A stretch of DNA of 64,000 nucleotides from Callorhinchus milii (GCF_018977255.1 NW_024704744.1:57412001-57476000), one strand, 5' to 3'. Positions 1 to 15,200 are shown, numbered from the stretch's first letter. A program made the numbers and translations. Notes: generated by a model from the letters alone, not told the origin.

Positions 1-106
1 GGCAGCACTGTATAGCTGCCCAGGCCAATTCAGTCACAGTGCACTTCATGTGCATTCCTGGCATTGTTTGCTCCTCATATCCAGAAAGCACTTTGGTTCT
101 TCACCT

Positions 107-223
107 TTATTTCAGTCGCTGTGTAACATTTGCCAAAGCAACAGCAAAGGCCTGCACTGCAGAGAAAGGATATTGAAAATCCAGAATGTATGCATTTCCA
201 TCAATCCTCCCAAACTGCATCAC
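107..223 (-). CDS. TULP4: TULP4 coding exon 14 (117 nt to the TAA stop); the 3' UTR runs off the window start
   Basis: tttag|[38 protein letters not shown]. Confidence 0.96.
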   Translation of the reverse strand: MMQFGRIDGNAYILDFQYPFSAVQAFAVALANVTQRLK

Positions 224-3200
224 CTAAAAATGAAAAATCAAAGAATTATAATTCAAATATTGTTTGATCCAAAGTTATTTGAAGCATACGGATCAAAGTT
301 CCCAAAATACACCTGCTCGGGTCATGACCCAACTGTGCAGCGCCTTGGGACGTCCTCCTGACGTGAAAGGCGCTCTATAAATGGAATCTTGTTGTTGTTG
401 TTGTTGTTGTTTAAAGGGACTGTTTTAAAGTCTAACATGCAATTTAGACTGCACAAAGGGACAATACAAATACAGCAAGGTTGCTAAACAGTTGCAAATT
501 CATGATAAAAGCAAAGAGTAGTCACTTGATATTCAGACATATACAGTTCCCGCTACCATTATTTAGGCAGCAATCCAATTCAAACAACTCGATATCACAG
601 CGATAAGTAATGATGCCAAGACATCTGCGTATGCCTGTAATGTCATTTGCCACCTTCTCCCCTCCCCCCTCAGTCTCCCCTCCCTCACTCCGCCCATCTC
701 TACTCCTCCCTGGCATGAGGATTGATTCTCTCTTGTCCATGTTCAGCTGCAAAAGTTGGCGCTCATCGAGGCCTTGATGTCAGACAGGCAGGCAGTCAGA
801 ACATCAGACTCGGGTCATGACTAAAGGAGGAAAAATAGATTTGGGTATCATCCACGTACATATGAACATCGACTCCATTTCTGTGGATGAGATAACCAAG
901 AGGGAGCATGCAAATGAGAAAAGGAGAGGCACGAGAATAGAGCCTGGTGGTACACTACATATAATTTTGTGGGGGCGGGAGAAAAAACTATTAGAGGAGA
1001 CAAAATAGAGGTGGTGGGTTAAGTAGAACTTGAACCAGGAGAGGGCAGTTTACTGAGGTGAATGAGGGAGGAGAGGCAGTCGAGGAGGATAACACAGTCC
1101 ACTGTGTCAAAAGCAGCGTTGAGGTCTAGGAGGATAGTGAGGCAGAGGGAGCCCAGCCTGGTCATAGAAGCAGGAGCAGTAAGGACATAATTACTAAACA
1201 TACAAACCATGAAAATCAAGAGTTAGTAGCAATTATTTTCCATATGTGATTATGTTTACCATACTTTGTTAGATGCATATATTATGAAAAAATTCCATAA
1301 ATATTTGTACCCCACCAAGTTCAGAAATTTTAAGCACAAGTGAATTTTAGCCACAGAAATGTAAAATTATTGTTGTAAAAATGCTCATCATATGGGAGGT
1401 TTTAAGTAGACAGTCAATTTAGTCAATTAGAAGATTCATGATAAAACTACCTAATCATTCAAAAGTTAAAGTAGAAAGATAGAACTTTAAATTACACCCT
1501 TTTCAAAAAAAAAAGCAATTAAAATAATGTAACAAATTTTATCATTCATTTGGTTTATTTCAGTCTATATCATTTGGACTGAGATTAGTTCCATTCATCA
1601 TAAATATTTGAAGGCCCTCAAAAGATTGCTCGCCCACAAAATATACAGTCAATTAACTGTACAATATATTCTGTGAAGCGCTTGGAGACGTCTCGAAGAC
1701 ATGAGAAGGCGCTACATCAAATGCAAAGATTATTTATTATTAAAAGATGTTTTCTACATATATATTAATCTGAGAATGGGAATATACCTACATGCAATGT
1801 GACTTCTATGGCTATATCACTCATAAAAACTTACAAATCCACATTCAGTATCAATCTTATCTGCATGTGTATAAATACTGTATGCACATATTTAATACTT
1901 TACAATACCTGTCGCCCTTCCAATTCAATCTGGAAATTTTTTGCCGACTCCTGTGTTACTCTTCCTCCAAAATCCAACTGATACACTTGTGTTGCCTCAT
2001 TCCATAGGGGTTGCTTGTTAGCCATTACATACACAAACCCTTGATTTCCCAACTTTCCATCCTCTTTGTCATTCGCTCGTCGACATTTCATCTCATCATT
2101 TTCATTTGCTGTCCTTAGGTTTCTTTTAGTTTTCCAAACTTTTTTGGTGCTCTGGCTCTGATTCATCAGCTCGTCTCCACTAATAAATAATTCTGGCTCA
2201 CTCTCCGAACTGTCTTGAAACTCACTCATCTTGTTCAGTTTTTTTGATTTTACCTGATCCTTTTGGCTTTTAATTTTTTTCTTTTCTCTTCCTAATCTGG
2301 GGCTGGAAATGAGAGAGTTGAAGTCTGTAAGGGCTTTTGTCTCCTTTTTGATCTTCCCCTCAGTGACGGCTTGCATGTTACCCTCTTCTGGTCTGCTGTC
2401 TAATCGTTTACGGCTTTTCTTGCTGAATTTATCAGTTCGCTGGGGTATAGGGCTCTCTGTCAAAGAGAGAACCTCTTGGAAGTTCTCTGCTGTTTCCACA
2501 ATCACTTCAGTTCCTGTGTGATCCTGAAGCTCTGGTGGATTTGGAGGCATCCCAGTCTTTTCAACAAAGTGTGGTTTTGAGCTCAATGTTCCCTGTGAGC
2601 CATGCATTGGAGAACATGCACTATAAGCATTCCATTGGTGCAATGTAATCTGGGGAAGTTGTAAACTTGAACATGTGCTACTGCTTGGATACATTGGTGG
2701 CAATGGACAGCAAGTGATATTTGCAGGATACCCAGCTTGGAGTACCACAGCAGGGTCCTGTTGTGGATATGGTGGTGGACCTATAACTTCTGGAAGAGGA
2801 AATTGAGCTTGTAAACCAGCAACAGAAGGTCCACCGTAACTCATCGGATAAGGTAAACCTAGCCCATAGTTTGACTGGAAATTAGCTGTCGGACTAGTAG
2901 GAGATTTCATAGGAAGAAATGGCATACGAGACATTTCCACATGTTGTGACTGTTCAAGGATAAGAGGCGGTGGTTTATGACTCCCCGTTATAGAAATATG
3001 AGCTGGTCTTTCCTGTGGAATCCAAATCTCCTCACTTCCTGTAGGGTCCCATTGATATGGAGGTGGCCGTTTCACATTAATGTTAATTTCATTACTTAAA
3101 GCAACATGTCTGACTGATTTCTCAATCTGGCAGTGTTGTAAAACAGCCTCATCCTCGGTGAAACCAGAGTTGATGTATTCAGTCCTGTCATGACAGCTGT

Positions 3201-6200
3201 CAGGTGGGCTCAGCAGATTATAAGAAGACTGAGAGGAGAGTGGCGAGGTACTAGCTGAATGGACAATGACAGTGCTATGCTGAGAGCTAGTTGCAGTTGC
3301 TAATTCAGATCTCATACTAATGTTAATGTTGTTTCCATTGCTGATACACTGACTGCAGGTATAGAGTGCAGGAGGAGATCTGAGAGAGGTTTGCTGGTAC
3401 TGTGCAGATACTGGATTGTGTTTGGGTTTGTGACCATGCTGAACATTAACTCTTTGGGAGTCCAAAAGTTGAGCCAACTTCGCTGTGGAATCCCTGCTAT
3501 CTCTTCGCAATGGTACTTGGATAGAGTTAATGTCAGTACGTTGACTTAGAGTTCTATTAGTTGCATCTGGATAAGGTGGAGGATCCCCACTTGGAATAAC
3601 ACAGTGAGCAACATTTAGTCTACTCAGTGTACCATATGCCTGTTGAACCTTCTTAACATCCGCTGAAGGCAACCGTAACAACGTTTGTGATTGCCCTGGA
3701 CCTGGAAGTGTATACATATTTGGGCTACTCATCATTCTCATACGGGGCCTGCACACTTCCTCTACATTTCCACTGCTGTCAAATGTTGTAATTCTTTCAT
3801 AACCCAATGGGGTTTGAAAGTGTCCAGCAGGAAAAAGGGAGAAATCTGATTTTTTCAGACAAATATCTACTGGTGTAGCAGGAGCAGATGTGGCTGCAGA
3901 AGTTGTTACTGCTGTAGTCCCTGGGTATGGAGGAGGTGGATGTCCACTTAATTTAGTCAACTGCACTTCAGGAGTTGTACAGAAAACTACTGCATCCCCT
4001 TCAGCCAACTGTGGCACTGGCCGTAAAGGTTTGATTTTTTGAGGGTGTTCAGTGTCCCTTTCAACATGCTCCACAGGCAAATGGACAATTTGGATCTGCT
4101 GTGATGGCTGCTGTGATCCACTAGTCATACGTCCAGGTTCCACACTGCCAAAAATAACCTGTCCTGGATTAGAATACCTGCTGGGGGCTGCATATTGGCC
4201 GGCACCATCTCCACTGTGCTCCACAACTCCCACAACAGCTGTTTGATTAGTCAAAACATCAAGCTGGACATTTTGATTGGCAAGCAAAGACTGGACAAGC
4301 CCAATGCTCTGAGTGGGAGACATTGCTTGAGCAGAGCTGTGAATTGGTGCAATAGGAATATTAACAGTGCAAGGAGGGTTGTTTTCAGGAGCCCCAGATG
4401 GACCTGTTACTGTGGGGGGGGGAGAGAAAAAAAAGTCCTTAAAAACAAACACACAAAAACAAGGATTACAATTTTCACACAAAAAAAATTAAGTGAAACT
4501 TCGATCTTGAGTTCACTTTTGTAAAAAATGTTTCAAAGTTTAAAACAAACCTTGGACATATTTCTAGACTAAAATAGGATTAAAATATCATTGAATATTG
4601 AAAAGACAACACGTTGCACTTAAGCACTTAACCACAACAACAAAAGTCAATTTGTATGGCATTTTTCACTTTGGGAGGACATCCCAATAGTGGCGGAGCC
4701 TGACTCCAAGCCGGGGGGGGTGGGCGGGGGAGTGACAGTAAGCACGGTCAAAAGGAAGGTTTTCAGGCAGGACTTGAAATAGGAGAGAGAAGGAGCAAGG
4801 CGAAGAGATTGAGGGAGAGTGTCAAACCTGCATTTAAATTTAACAAACTGGGCTGACAAACATTTCTAATTGTACTACTATATTATCACACAGATCCCGC
4901 CGATGTTTGTATCAATGAGTCGATCTGACTAAACAAGCATGTGTGGCAGTGTTCAAAATTGCAAGTGTTATATGTAGAATTAAGTAAGAGTTGTTCAAAC
5001 ATTAGACCCTTAAAGCATTCTATTTATAATTTTGATAATTTATCTTGATCACGAGGCACCTGGATGTGAGGTGTAGAAGGACATCAACGCTTATGGAAAA
5101 AAGTGCAAGTTGATCAGAGTCTCAATCAGATAACAGTGCGTGAAGGAAAGTATAATAAATAATAATCCTTGCATTTGATATAGCATCTTATCATGTCTTC
5201 GAGACGTCTCAAATTGCTTCACAGAATATACTGTAGAGTGAAGTGACTGTATATTTTGTGAGCGAAACAAAGAATAAAGCGCGCACAAGATATATTGAAG
5301 CAAAGATGACCGTAAAATGTTAGTGTGAGAAAGGATAGCAATCAGAAAGAAGTCTTAGACTTGGAGGTAGAAAGAAAGGATTGACGGACATTTTAAATAA
5401 ATCCAAGTTTATTGACTTTTCCTTTAATTTTCTCCCCTGACAGATTGGTGGTATCGGTTTTATAACTAGTGTTTAACAACTTTCATCTGTTCTATTATGA
5501 CCTGTGAAAACTGTGAACAAATGTGTTGTGTGGGAACTGTGACGGATCACACTAACCTATCATGTGTTTCGTGTTACAATTTGCAGTGTAAATATTGATT
5601 CTGTTATGGTTACAGTCCCTGATTGATTCTAACTGCAGGAAAAGCTGTGGCGCGGTGGAATACTTGAAGCGATATTGCGCAGCAGTTTTGCTTTCAGTCC
5701 CGAGACCATATAAATATATATGGATTGGTTGCTGTGAATTGCAGGAAAGACTTGAATCGAGCGGGAATTGAGAATTAGAGTGGGTCAAAACTAGATGGAA
5801 TCTTGGTGTCAATAAGGCAGGAACCGTCTAAGTAAAATCGATACAAAAAGCAAGGGGAAGACATGTGATTCCGGCCAGGGCTTTGTCTAACGATACATTA
5901 AGCAGACAGTTGGGAGTCTGAAGTCTTTTTGGTGTGGAAAAAGCCAAAAGAGGGAGGGGACTAAAGGGGTATAAATTAGGTGGATTGGAAGGGATCAAGG
6001 TTGCTGATTCTTTTTGGTCATTTCCATCTGCTGACATCGAGATTAAAGTGTATGCTTGACTTGGGAAGTAACTCCCAGTTAAGATTGGTTTCTTTTAATT
6101 ATTATTTTGGGAATTGCTGCTAGTCTTGAGTATAGAGTTACAATAACAATTTGCATTTATATAGTGCCCTTCACACAGGATAGCGTCCCAGAGCGTGTTA

Positions 6201-9200
6201 TATTAGTTCTTAGATAGAAATTTTTACTGTTGAATTTTGCAACAGTTTATTTATGTTATCGCGATTGAGTTAAGCCAGGGCAAGGGCATTAATGAAAACT
6301 ACTTCTGAATTTCTATAAAGTCTGCTCGAGTTCTGCTACAATAAAACACAGAGAATAAATAGTATCGGCGTTAGTACCATGAACCCACCTGAAGTACGAA
6401 ACACTCTGAGTTGGGGTCTCAATTGATGTAAAATGAATCAATTGAAGTGACACGCCTACTATTAGTGTTGGTCAATTGACTAAACAAATACGGCTCCATT
6501 AGGAACTATGAAAGAGGAAATATTGTGACAGAGCCCACTTAGCAATAAGTGACACAAATCATTATAGAACCTAGAAGTGGTCTTTAGCTACATCCACAAT
6601 ACATTAGCTCTGTGTAAAAAGGTTCACTGGTGCTAGCACACTGCTTAGACATTACTTTACAATAGCTTGCTATAGATTGTTTGAAATTACAATTGTTAAA
6701 ATGGATGATGGTGCATCAGATCAATGTCTCAATGATTCATACATCATATAAGGCAAAATAATCACCCAAAAAGGCAATTTCATTTAGATAGATAGACAGA
6801 CAGACAGATAATCTAGACAATTTAATTTAGCCCCATTGTGTGTGTGCATGTCAAGAGCTTTTAAATTGGACTTCTTGCGACAATAAAGACTTAAATTCTA
6901 TAAATAGAATGCTTCATTGCAAGTTATCACTTTTCTTCCAAATCTTGAAAGTTTCTCAAGAGAAAACAGTTTTATGTGTTTTTATGGAAATCGCTCCTTT
7001 TAATAAAATTATTATAGGCAAATCATTCCCTTCATTCAAATTAGGATTTTAGGGTACATACGATGGCTAGATTATCCACTTCAGATCACCGTTATCCTCC
7101 TCCATGTATAAATGAATTGACCCCTTATCTTAACAGAAAAAATCTAGGGATATGACTCTTTGTACAGTAGTTTTAATGAATGTATACTTAATAAGGTGTG
7201 AAGAGTGTACACCGAGATATTCACTTTCCTATTTCAGCCATCCAATGCCAGCATCAAGCATTCCTAGGTCAGTTGTCTTTTAAGTAGGTAGACAATTTTG
7301 CATAGTGGGCAAATCCACAACAAGAAATGCGTAAGATTTGCCAAACATACATGATGCAAGCCAATAAATTTACAGTTATATAGTACCTTACATGTAGGAG
7401 AACATCTCAACATGCTTTACAAGTCTGAGCTTGGACGGAGCTAGTGAGAAAGTGGCTGAAGGCACAGTCGAAGATAATTTTAGGTGGGTTTTGAAATCAG
7501 CTGGGGAAGGGGAGCAAAGTTGAGATTTCAGAAGAATCCTAAAGAGTGGGGACTTGTATATCAATGTTGGGGGTGCGCAGGGGAGTAAGATCACAAGAGA
7601 TTGTAGAGGTGGAGCGTGTGCATGATGGAACTAGGAAGACCGATGAGGAGTCGAGTCTGGATGCAAGGAAAACCTGAATGAGGGTTTTGGTGGTCTTTTG
7701 TGTGAAACGGAGAGAGGGGGGCAATATGGGGAAAGTGAAAAAAGTGATCTTGTGCAGAAATTGAACATTATTAAGAAATGACAGTGGAGACTGAACTGAA
7801 AAAAAACAAGGTTATGGATTACTCGATGGGTTTGAAAGGCCAGGGAGGTTGAGGAGGCCTCAATGTCCAACAGAGAGCCAACATACCGCTAAAAGATCTG
7901 GAATCAAGGGTTGAGATGTCCTCCCAATGTGAAGGCCCTATATAAATGTAAATTGTATTGTCTTGTCCAAAGTAAAAAAGCAAATCTAGGTATCATAAGT
8001 TAACCAGAAAAGCTGAATGGTCTAATGCAGGTCCATAAAAGCATTACCAAAATGGACAGGGAACAAATTATGCTGATTATATACTTTAGTTCTTTACATC
8101 AACTTATTTTGCAAACATATTATGAACCAGAGTCCAAGCTCACCTGCTAGATCATCTTCATCTTCACTGAAAACATTAGGGTTGAATATAGACATGTTGA
8201 TGAAGTCCATTGAAAGTTTGCGTACCTCTGGTAGGTAAATAGTCATTTGCCTGGGCTGAAGATGGAGCAAGCTGGTTTTATAAATTACTGAAAATGATAA
8301 GATGAGGATCATTATTTATAATCTGCACTAGTAACATCCTGGAAAACAACACTGAGGCTATAGCCAACAATTAAGTAGGTGTTATGTTGCAGGAGGCAAT
8401 AAATACCAAACCAGGAAGCAAAAGTAAATGCTTTTTAAAGGATACTACACACAAAAAATGCAACATACATCATTAACCAAACAAATTCCATCAATTGAAA
8501 GAAATTGTGATTTATACCATTGGGAATGTCACGGAGACCTTGTTCTGAGATTGAACTGAGCATCATTCCAGGAAAGCCTAACATGATTTAAATATGAATG
8601 ATTTTTTAAAAAAAATACAAATGTGGAGCAAATTCTGAATCCACATATATTACATTTGAATAATTTATTATTTAAAAAAATACTTGTGAAAACTCAATGC
8701 TCCCAGACACATAAAAATCTCAAGGTCTAAACAGAAACACATTTTTAGCTTTAAAACAAGTAAGTAGCTGAGTATCCTTGGAGTATTGGAAAAGGGATGA
8801 CCTAACAGTCTCTGCAGGTTTACACGATTGAGAGAAAGTACCGAAGAGCAAGACAACATTATTATTCTGAATCTGCAGCTCAGTTAATGAATGAACCATT
8901 TCAAGCTTTATTCTCATTACTGTCATCATCAGAAAGACAAAACTAGATTGTCTTGTGATGAACTGTCAGTCATCCAGCAATCCTAACGTGAAGAATGTAA
9001 TGCAAATTGAAATCAATTATCCTTATTTATGCCACTATGATTAAGACAACAAAGCCCCATATAAATGATGTTGAATATTTTAGACTTGATGAAATTGCAC
9101 TAGAGTGGAATGATTTGAGTGGATTAATTCCATAAAAATATTCACATAGGACATTAGAAGTTTGACCCACCTTGCTACTAGAGTAAAGATATTTTAAGAT

Positions 9201-12200
9201 GAGACATTGTGAATGTCATGGAAGTGAGAATTTTTTNAAAATCCATTTCAATTGTATACATTAACCCACTAATACATGGGATAGTAGAGATAATGGAAAT
9301 TCCTGAATTCATACCTGCACCAAGATTATTTGGTAGAAATGAAGCCAGACCCACAATCTTGAACTTTGTCCCCCAGATATTAGAAGTAACCTGAGCAAGA
9401 TAGTTGTGCTGAAACAGAACACATTTGCTTAGTTATAAAATATTATTTTAAGATATAATGTACTTTACTAGTTTATTTCACACTAATGCAGCACAAAGTT
9501 TTTGTTTTCTTTTGGTCTGAAATATGTGGAAAACGATCACCATGCTTACGAGTATCCAAGCCAAACAAAATTACACATACATACTTCACCTACGCACAGA
9601 AATTTCTCTGGTGTCTGAAATAGATTGCACACTTTCTCCCTGGAGGGGCATACCCTCCTTACCTATTTCCAGAAATTATTAGGTGCAGGCTTGGCTTGCT
9701 GACTCCTGCATGTGTTGGAGTTTAACCAGCTACAACTGCATTCTTTGCCTTACTGCCTTGCTTGTCCAGCTCGGACCAATCTGCCCATTAAGGCTTTGGC
9801 TTGCTGGGTTAACAGCAAAAAGCAAAGTGGAAAGGAGACAACAGAGCAGAATCCCTGCCTCCTATGACCAGCTTGCCCTTCCAAGTATTCCTGGCGAACC
9901 AGGCTCAGTGATCGGTTATCAACAATGCCTTGGAGTACTGCAGATCCATTTGGTTCAGGAACTGGTTACTGAAATCAGCAAGAGGGTTGACATTCCGATT
10001 TTCTGGAAGAGTCAGCTCAGCCCACCGAAGACACCACTTATCTTCCCCCCCTCACTTCCCAACTGTGTACTCCGTTGAAACAAGCACAAAAAACGAGGTA
10101 TAGTACTTGTTTACTGTTATGTGTTAGTCGTATAAAATATGACTTATACAAGTCTGCCTGTAACTCATACTTCACATAAGTCATTAAATGTCATGGTCCT
10201 GACTGATATGATTTATGCGAGTTTTACTGTACAATCGTGCTCATGAACCCAGACTCCTGGGTATTCTCTGAAGGTTAGGATTAAAGATACTTTCTTTAAA
10301 AGGCATAAGTTACTCAAATATCTAACAAGTGCTCTAACTCAATCTCTGACACTAGATTAAAAGGTGATGAAATGATGCATTCCCTAACATTGACATCTAT
10401 CATCTTTAACAAAAAAAACTCACTGCAAAGGTTAAGAGCTTTCAGTCATGTAGTTAATATTTTTAAAAATTAAATTTTTTTGAAAACACCATTGTATCAG
10501 GTGTTTGATATAAAGGCAATGGAATTACTAAATCTAAGACTGCACAATTTTGTGAAAAGATATTGCATTAAACATTTTATTTCAAACCAGTCAGTCAGTA
10601 AAGACAACCCAAATAGCTGCATACCTGTGTGATATCTTCTAAAGGAAACTCTTTGCGAGTCAGGCTTGGAGAACCAATGGAAGGCTTCCTAATTGGTAAA
10701 CGTGGAGACCTGGATATCTCCTGGCTAGCACGAGAAAGTTTGGGTGATTTTCTAGCATCAAGATTAATTCTGGTGAAAAAGGTCATGGATTAGTAAGCTG
10801 TTTAGCCAAATGGGCGAATACAATGAAAACGTTACAATATCTCCAGTGTTCTCCATTTTAAATAAACAGTGGAAACCTTTGACATACCTTGTTCAAAAAA
10901 TTGTGCCTTGTGTTGTTTCCATGTACTTACATTTGTTTCATTAAAGACAATCATTTTTCAGTTTGTTTCAAGAAAGTTGAAATAATGAATGCAATATTTG
11001 AGAGAATGAATGGACACTCATTTTTAAATGGAAATGGGATGGTACTCAGTAGTACTGGGACATTAAGTCAAATGCTCACCATTATTTAAAACACTTCAAA
11101 TAGTCTTCAGTTATACTTCTGCGTTATAACATATTGCTAGGCCCAAGTCGACTCTGAAAGTCATTATTCTATTTACTTGAATCCAAAATGCAGGCAGATT
11201 TTTGAGGGTTTAGGGCAAAAATAAACTTTACTTCAGTTCTAAGATTCCATCGATTTTAAGTTGCACCCTGCTTTTGGAGGCATCATCTAATGAAAAATTG
11301 TGTATTTCAGATTTGAGTAAATACAGTATTCAGTGCTTCAAATATTTCAATCAAACTAATGTGAACAGCTTCCTGCTGACAGCAAGCTGCTCATCATGTA
11401 AAGATTTTCTGGCACATTGTTGAGAGCAGACTCACTATGCAATGAGAAGGAAATAAATAAAGATAAGCAGAGTACTGCCTTGAGCTGAACTTCAACAGCT
11501 GTTATTAGGCACCCATTAATGGATATTGTACAAACATCTACTCCTTTGTGCAGTTCATGGTTCAGAAGCCAATCAAAGACTAGATGAGGATAAACATACA
11601 ATTGGTATCAAAAGCACGAATTGATCGTTTTAGATGATTGGGTTGAAGGAATTTAAACAGGAATGCAAAGCATTAGATTTTACAGTTATATAAGCAACAC
11701 TACCATCAATAAGATATAAGAACTTTTGAAACCTAATTTCTTTTCATCAACATTTCTTCTCATCGACTGTCAAACCCTGCACTTTGGAGTAGTTTGTGTA
11801 CCTGGGCAATTTGGGGGACTTGCTTGCTCGGGAGATCTTTGGAGATTTCTTGCCAACCCAGTCATCGCTCAATTCTATGTCACTGGAGTCCGAGCAGTTA
11901 CAGCTGTCAATAACTGTGGAAATCAAGCTGTTTCCATATACTTCATCTAACAGAAACATGAAAACAATTGAGACAGAAAACAATCTTTAATTCAAAAACT
12001 GTCCATAGTAGAATTTTCAGGAACAATACAAACTATGAAAATAACAACTATGATTCTCAAAAATACTTGGAAACAATTGTGAAATTGCTTATATTCTCCA
12101 AGAAGCTCAACATTATTTTACTGTAGAATATGTTGCTCATCTTGGGATCAAAGACTATGAGAAAGAAAATATGTTAAAGAATGGGGGGAAGGAGGAGAGT

Positions 12201-15200
12201 AATGAGAGAAAGAAAAGCTATCAGAGACAGTTAAAAGGTAGATGTAGCAACTACACAGACTAGAGAATTGATTCTCTTTTGGATAAGACCAAGTGTACTC
12301 TTATTAGTTACACCTCAGGCTGTGCACTTGGCAGGGCTCTCCCAGGTAGAGATGGCACAACCCAAACGTCCCCGTGATTTATTTGTGGGGAGGGGAGCTA
12401 CAGCTAGGAAAGCTATGCCTTCGGCCCTGTTGGCAGGGATCAGGATCAGAACACCTGAGGAGTTTGATTTGCCCTCACACCAGGCTCAGACCTTTGGTCA
12501 CCAGGCTCAGGCTAGACTCGTCTGGCCCAGAGGCAATCCAGTCACTTGACTAATTCGAGTGGTTGTGAGCAAGGAATCAAGTCCGGAATGTCTTTAGACC
12601 CAAATTTGGGGGAAAACGCTTGCCTGGGGGGAAACCTATGTTCCTGTCTGAGGAGCATGATTCGATTTAATTCAGCTTAGTGGGAAGTGAGTAGGGACAA
12701 TTTTGCTCACAAAAACAGACTTGATTATGCTATTTAAGTCTGAATGGGATGGCGGGGGAGAGAGGAGAAAGAGAAAGTAACATACAAACCAACAACTCAC
12801 AGGAGAAGAGAGGTGGGATGCCTTTTAAATAGAGTGAGGAGAATAAAGATCACAAAAGTGACATTCCAAAATTCAATGCTAATTGTCAAAGGCACATCAT
12901 CTCTTGTGATTTTTCTCTCATCAAGAATTTACTCATTGCTGCTAGAACTTAGTAGTGTGTGTAGAAGAAGCCTGAAGCAAGAACATCACTTATAACATAC
13001 ACTTAAAAAAAATCTATTCTGAACATATTATTTAAGAGTAAATTATGGGTGAAGTGCAAAACAGACAATAGTTCAAATCTCAAGATGCTGTCAATTTTAA
13101 ATCATATTATCTGAAAAGGTTCATACCTGCTTTACCGTCAGTTTTAGGATCCATGATGACAAATTCAGGTCGAAGTTTGCTTATCCTCCTTCCTTTTAAA
13201 ATTGGCACTAAACCACCTAAGTATTCCAGATACAGTGTGTAGCACGGGCCTCCTACTTCAGGGTCATCTTCTGTACGTTTCATGGTGCAGTGTAGTCTTT
13301 CATTTCCTGCTGTCGGGTAACTGACAAAGTCCCGCATGTTATTTGGATCCGGGATGGGAGGCTAAATAAAGATATAGGCAGTACTTAATTCACAAGTATC
13401 ATGTACTATTAATACCCATATTTAGTTGATGCATCAAAGTTAAAACACTTGAAGGATTGGTTTGTGCTCGTCAAAATGCCTACATGGGGGAGAGGGGTAC
13501 GGGAAAGGGGATTAGGAGGGTTCTAGGCTCATGTGGTGTATAAATACCAGCATGGTTTAGATGAATGCCCAGTTCATGTGATGTGACAGTCTATGTAATT
13601 CTATGAGGAATGCCAGTGTGAAGCCATTTTCCATATATATGATGCAGTTTCAGCATTAAACACTAAGGCCCCATGCCCACCAAACTCGAATACAGGTACC
13701 AAAGTGCAACTTTTTATAGGATGATTAAAGTATCAGAGAAAAAAAGAATTTCATCCCACATGTTTGGGATGTATCCAAACCCAGCCTCTAAAACTGGTGT
13801 TGACCTACTCATTAAAAAAAGGTAGTTTTATAATAGGTTCATTTCCTTATTCACTCCAATGGCACTGGGATGAAGTCCCATAAGTTATTTCTAACATGTG
13901 GCAACTACTACAAAAAACATATGTACTGACAGCAATATATGGGCTTTTTTTCTCCACACTGTTAATTCAAATTGGTTCATTAAGTAAACTTGTGTAAATT
14001 GCTTGAGAATTTGAAATTCAGCTCCTTATTACAGCTAGATTTTTTTTGTTCATTTTTACTTCAAACTAAGTGGTACTGTATCAATCCAACAAAGCTTGAA
14101 AAATTAAAAGGCATAATTATTGTCAAATTCAAATTAAACAGGAATGAAAATAGCAATCCAAATTTAGGGAACATGTTAAAGATTAGCTGCAATTTTAAAC
14201 AATAGTTTAAATTCATTGCATTGATGCAATATGACAAAATAAAGCGTGTACAAATGCAGTATCTCCTTGCAATAACAATTTCATAAATGGTCATTAGCAA
14301 TAATTAGTATTATTAGGTAAAGCCTTAATGTATAAAATTATCTACATAATATTTTGTTTGTAAAAATATTGATTGTGGGTTGGATTACTCATCTAGTTGA
14401 GTTTTCTTCCTTCCTTTAACAGAAGGTATCTTTCACATACCACTCGGATGATCTCAGGTTAAAGTAAAAATTGCAAATATTTAAGATATCAACATGGAAA
14501 GAAAGTAGGGGAGTGGGAATAAAGAGACAGCTCTTACAAAGTGCTAGAATAGGCATGACGCGGTAAGTGACTTTCTTCTGTGCTGAAAATGTTTTTTGAT
14601 TCTATGATCAATCCCACAGCTTTTTCCTTTTACAGCACAGAAAAGTGACAAAAGTTCAATGAATCAGCCATTCTCTTGAGAAATAACATATCAAGATACA
14701 AAATGTAAATACTTTGGGAAGACCTCACAACGTGAAACATTGATAGAATAAACAAATAGCTGAGATGGTTTTCTTTCCATCAATTGATAGCAACTGAGAA
14801 TAGATTTAGTAATTTATATCTATTCAGCGATAGATAACTAATGTGTGACTTTCATAAAAAACAAAATAATTGTCTAGTTTACAGAAGTCCTTGACTACCT
14901 TTACAGAAAAAACCCATAACTAATCAACGTCAACACAATAAAAATCCATCTTCATCTCCAAAGAGCGAGATGACAGCAAAATAAGGGAACCTTGAGACAA
15001 ACAGAACTTGAATGATGTTCATAAAGCTGCAATCTTCAAATAGCCTGCCACAGGAAGTAGTGTCAGTCCATCACCAGGAACTGAATAACCCGACAATATA
15101 CTAACAAGCAGCAAATGGAACTCACATTTGTGCAAGTCCTGGTTACACAGGTTTGTATAAATCTCAGGTGGTTCCAGCATATTTGAAGTATAATTTGGGT

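Noticed and set aside
4410-4482. N-terminal [24 protein letters not shown] of the 860-aa ORF
   Set aside because: Intronic read-through across the polypyrimidine tract; the exon starts at 4409
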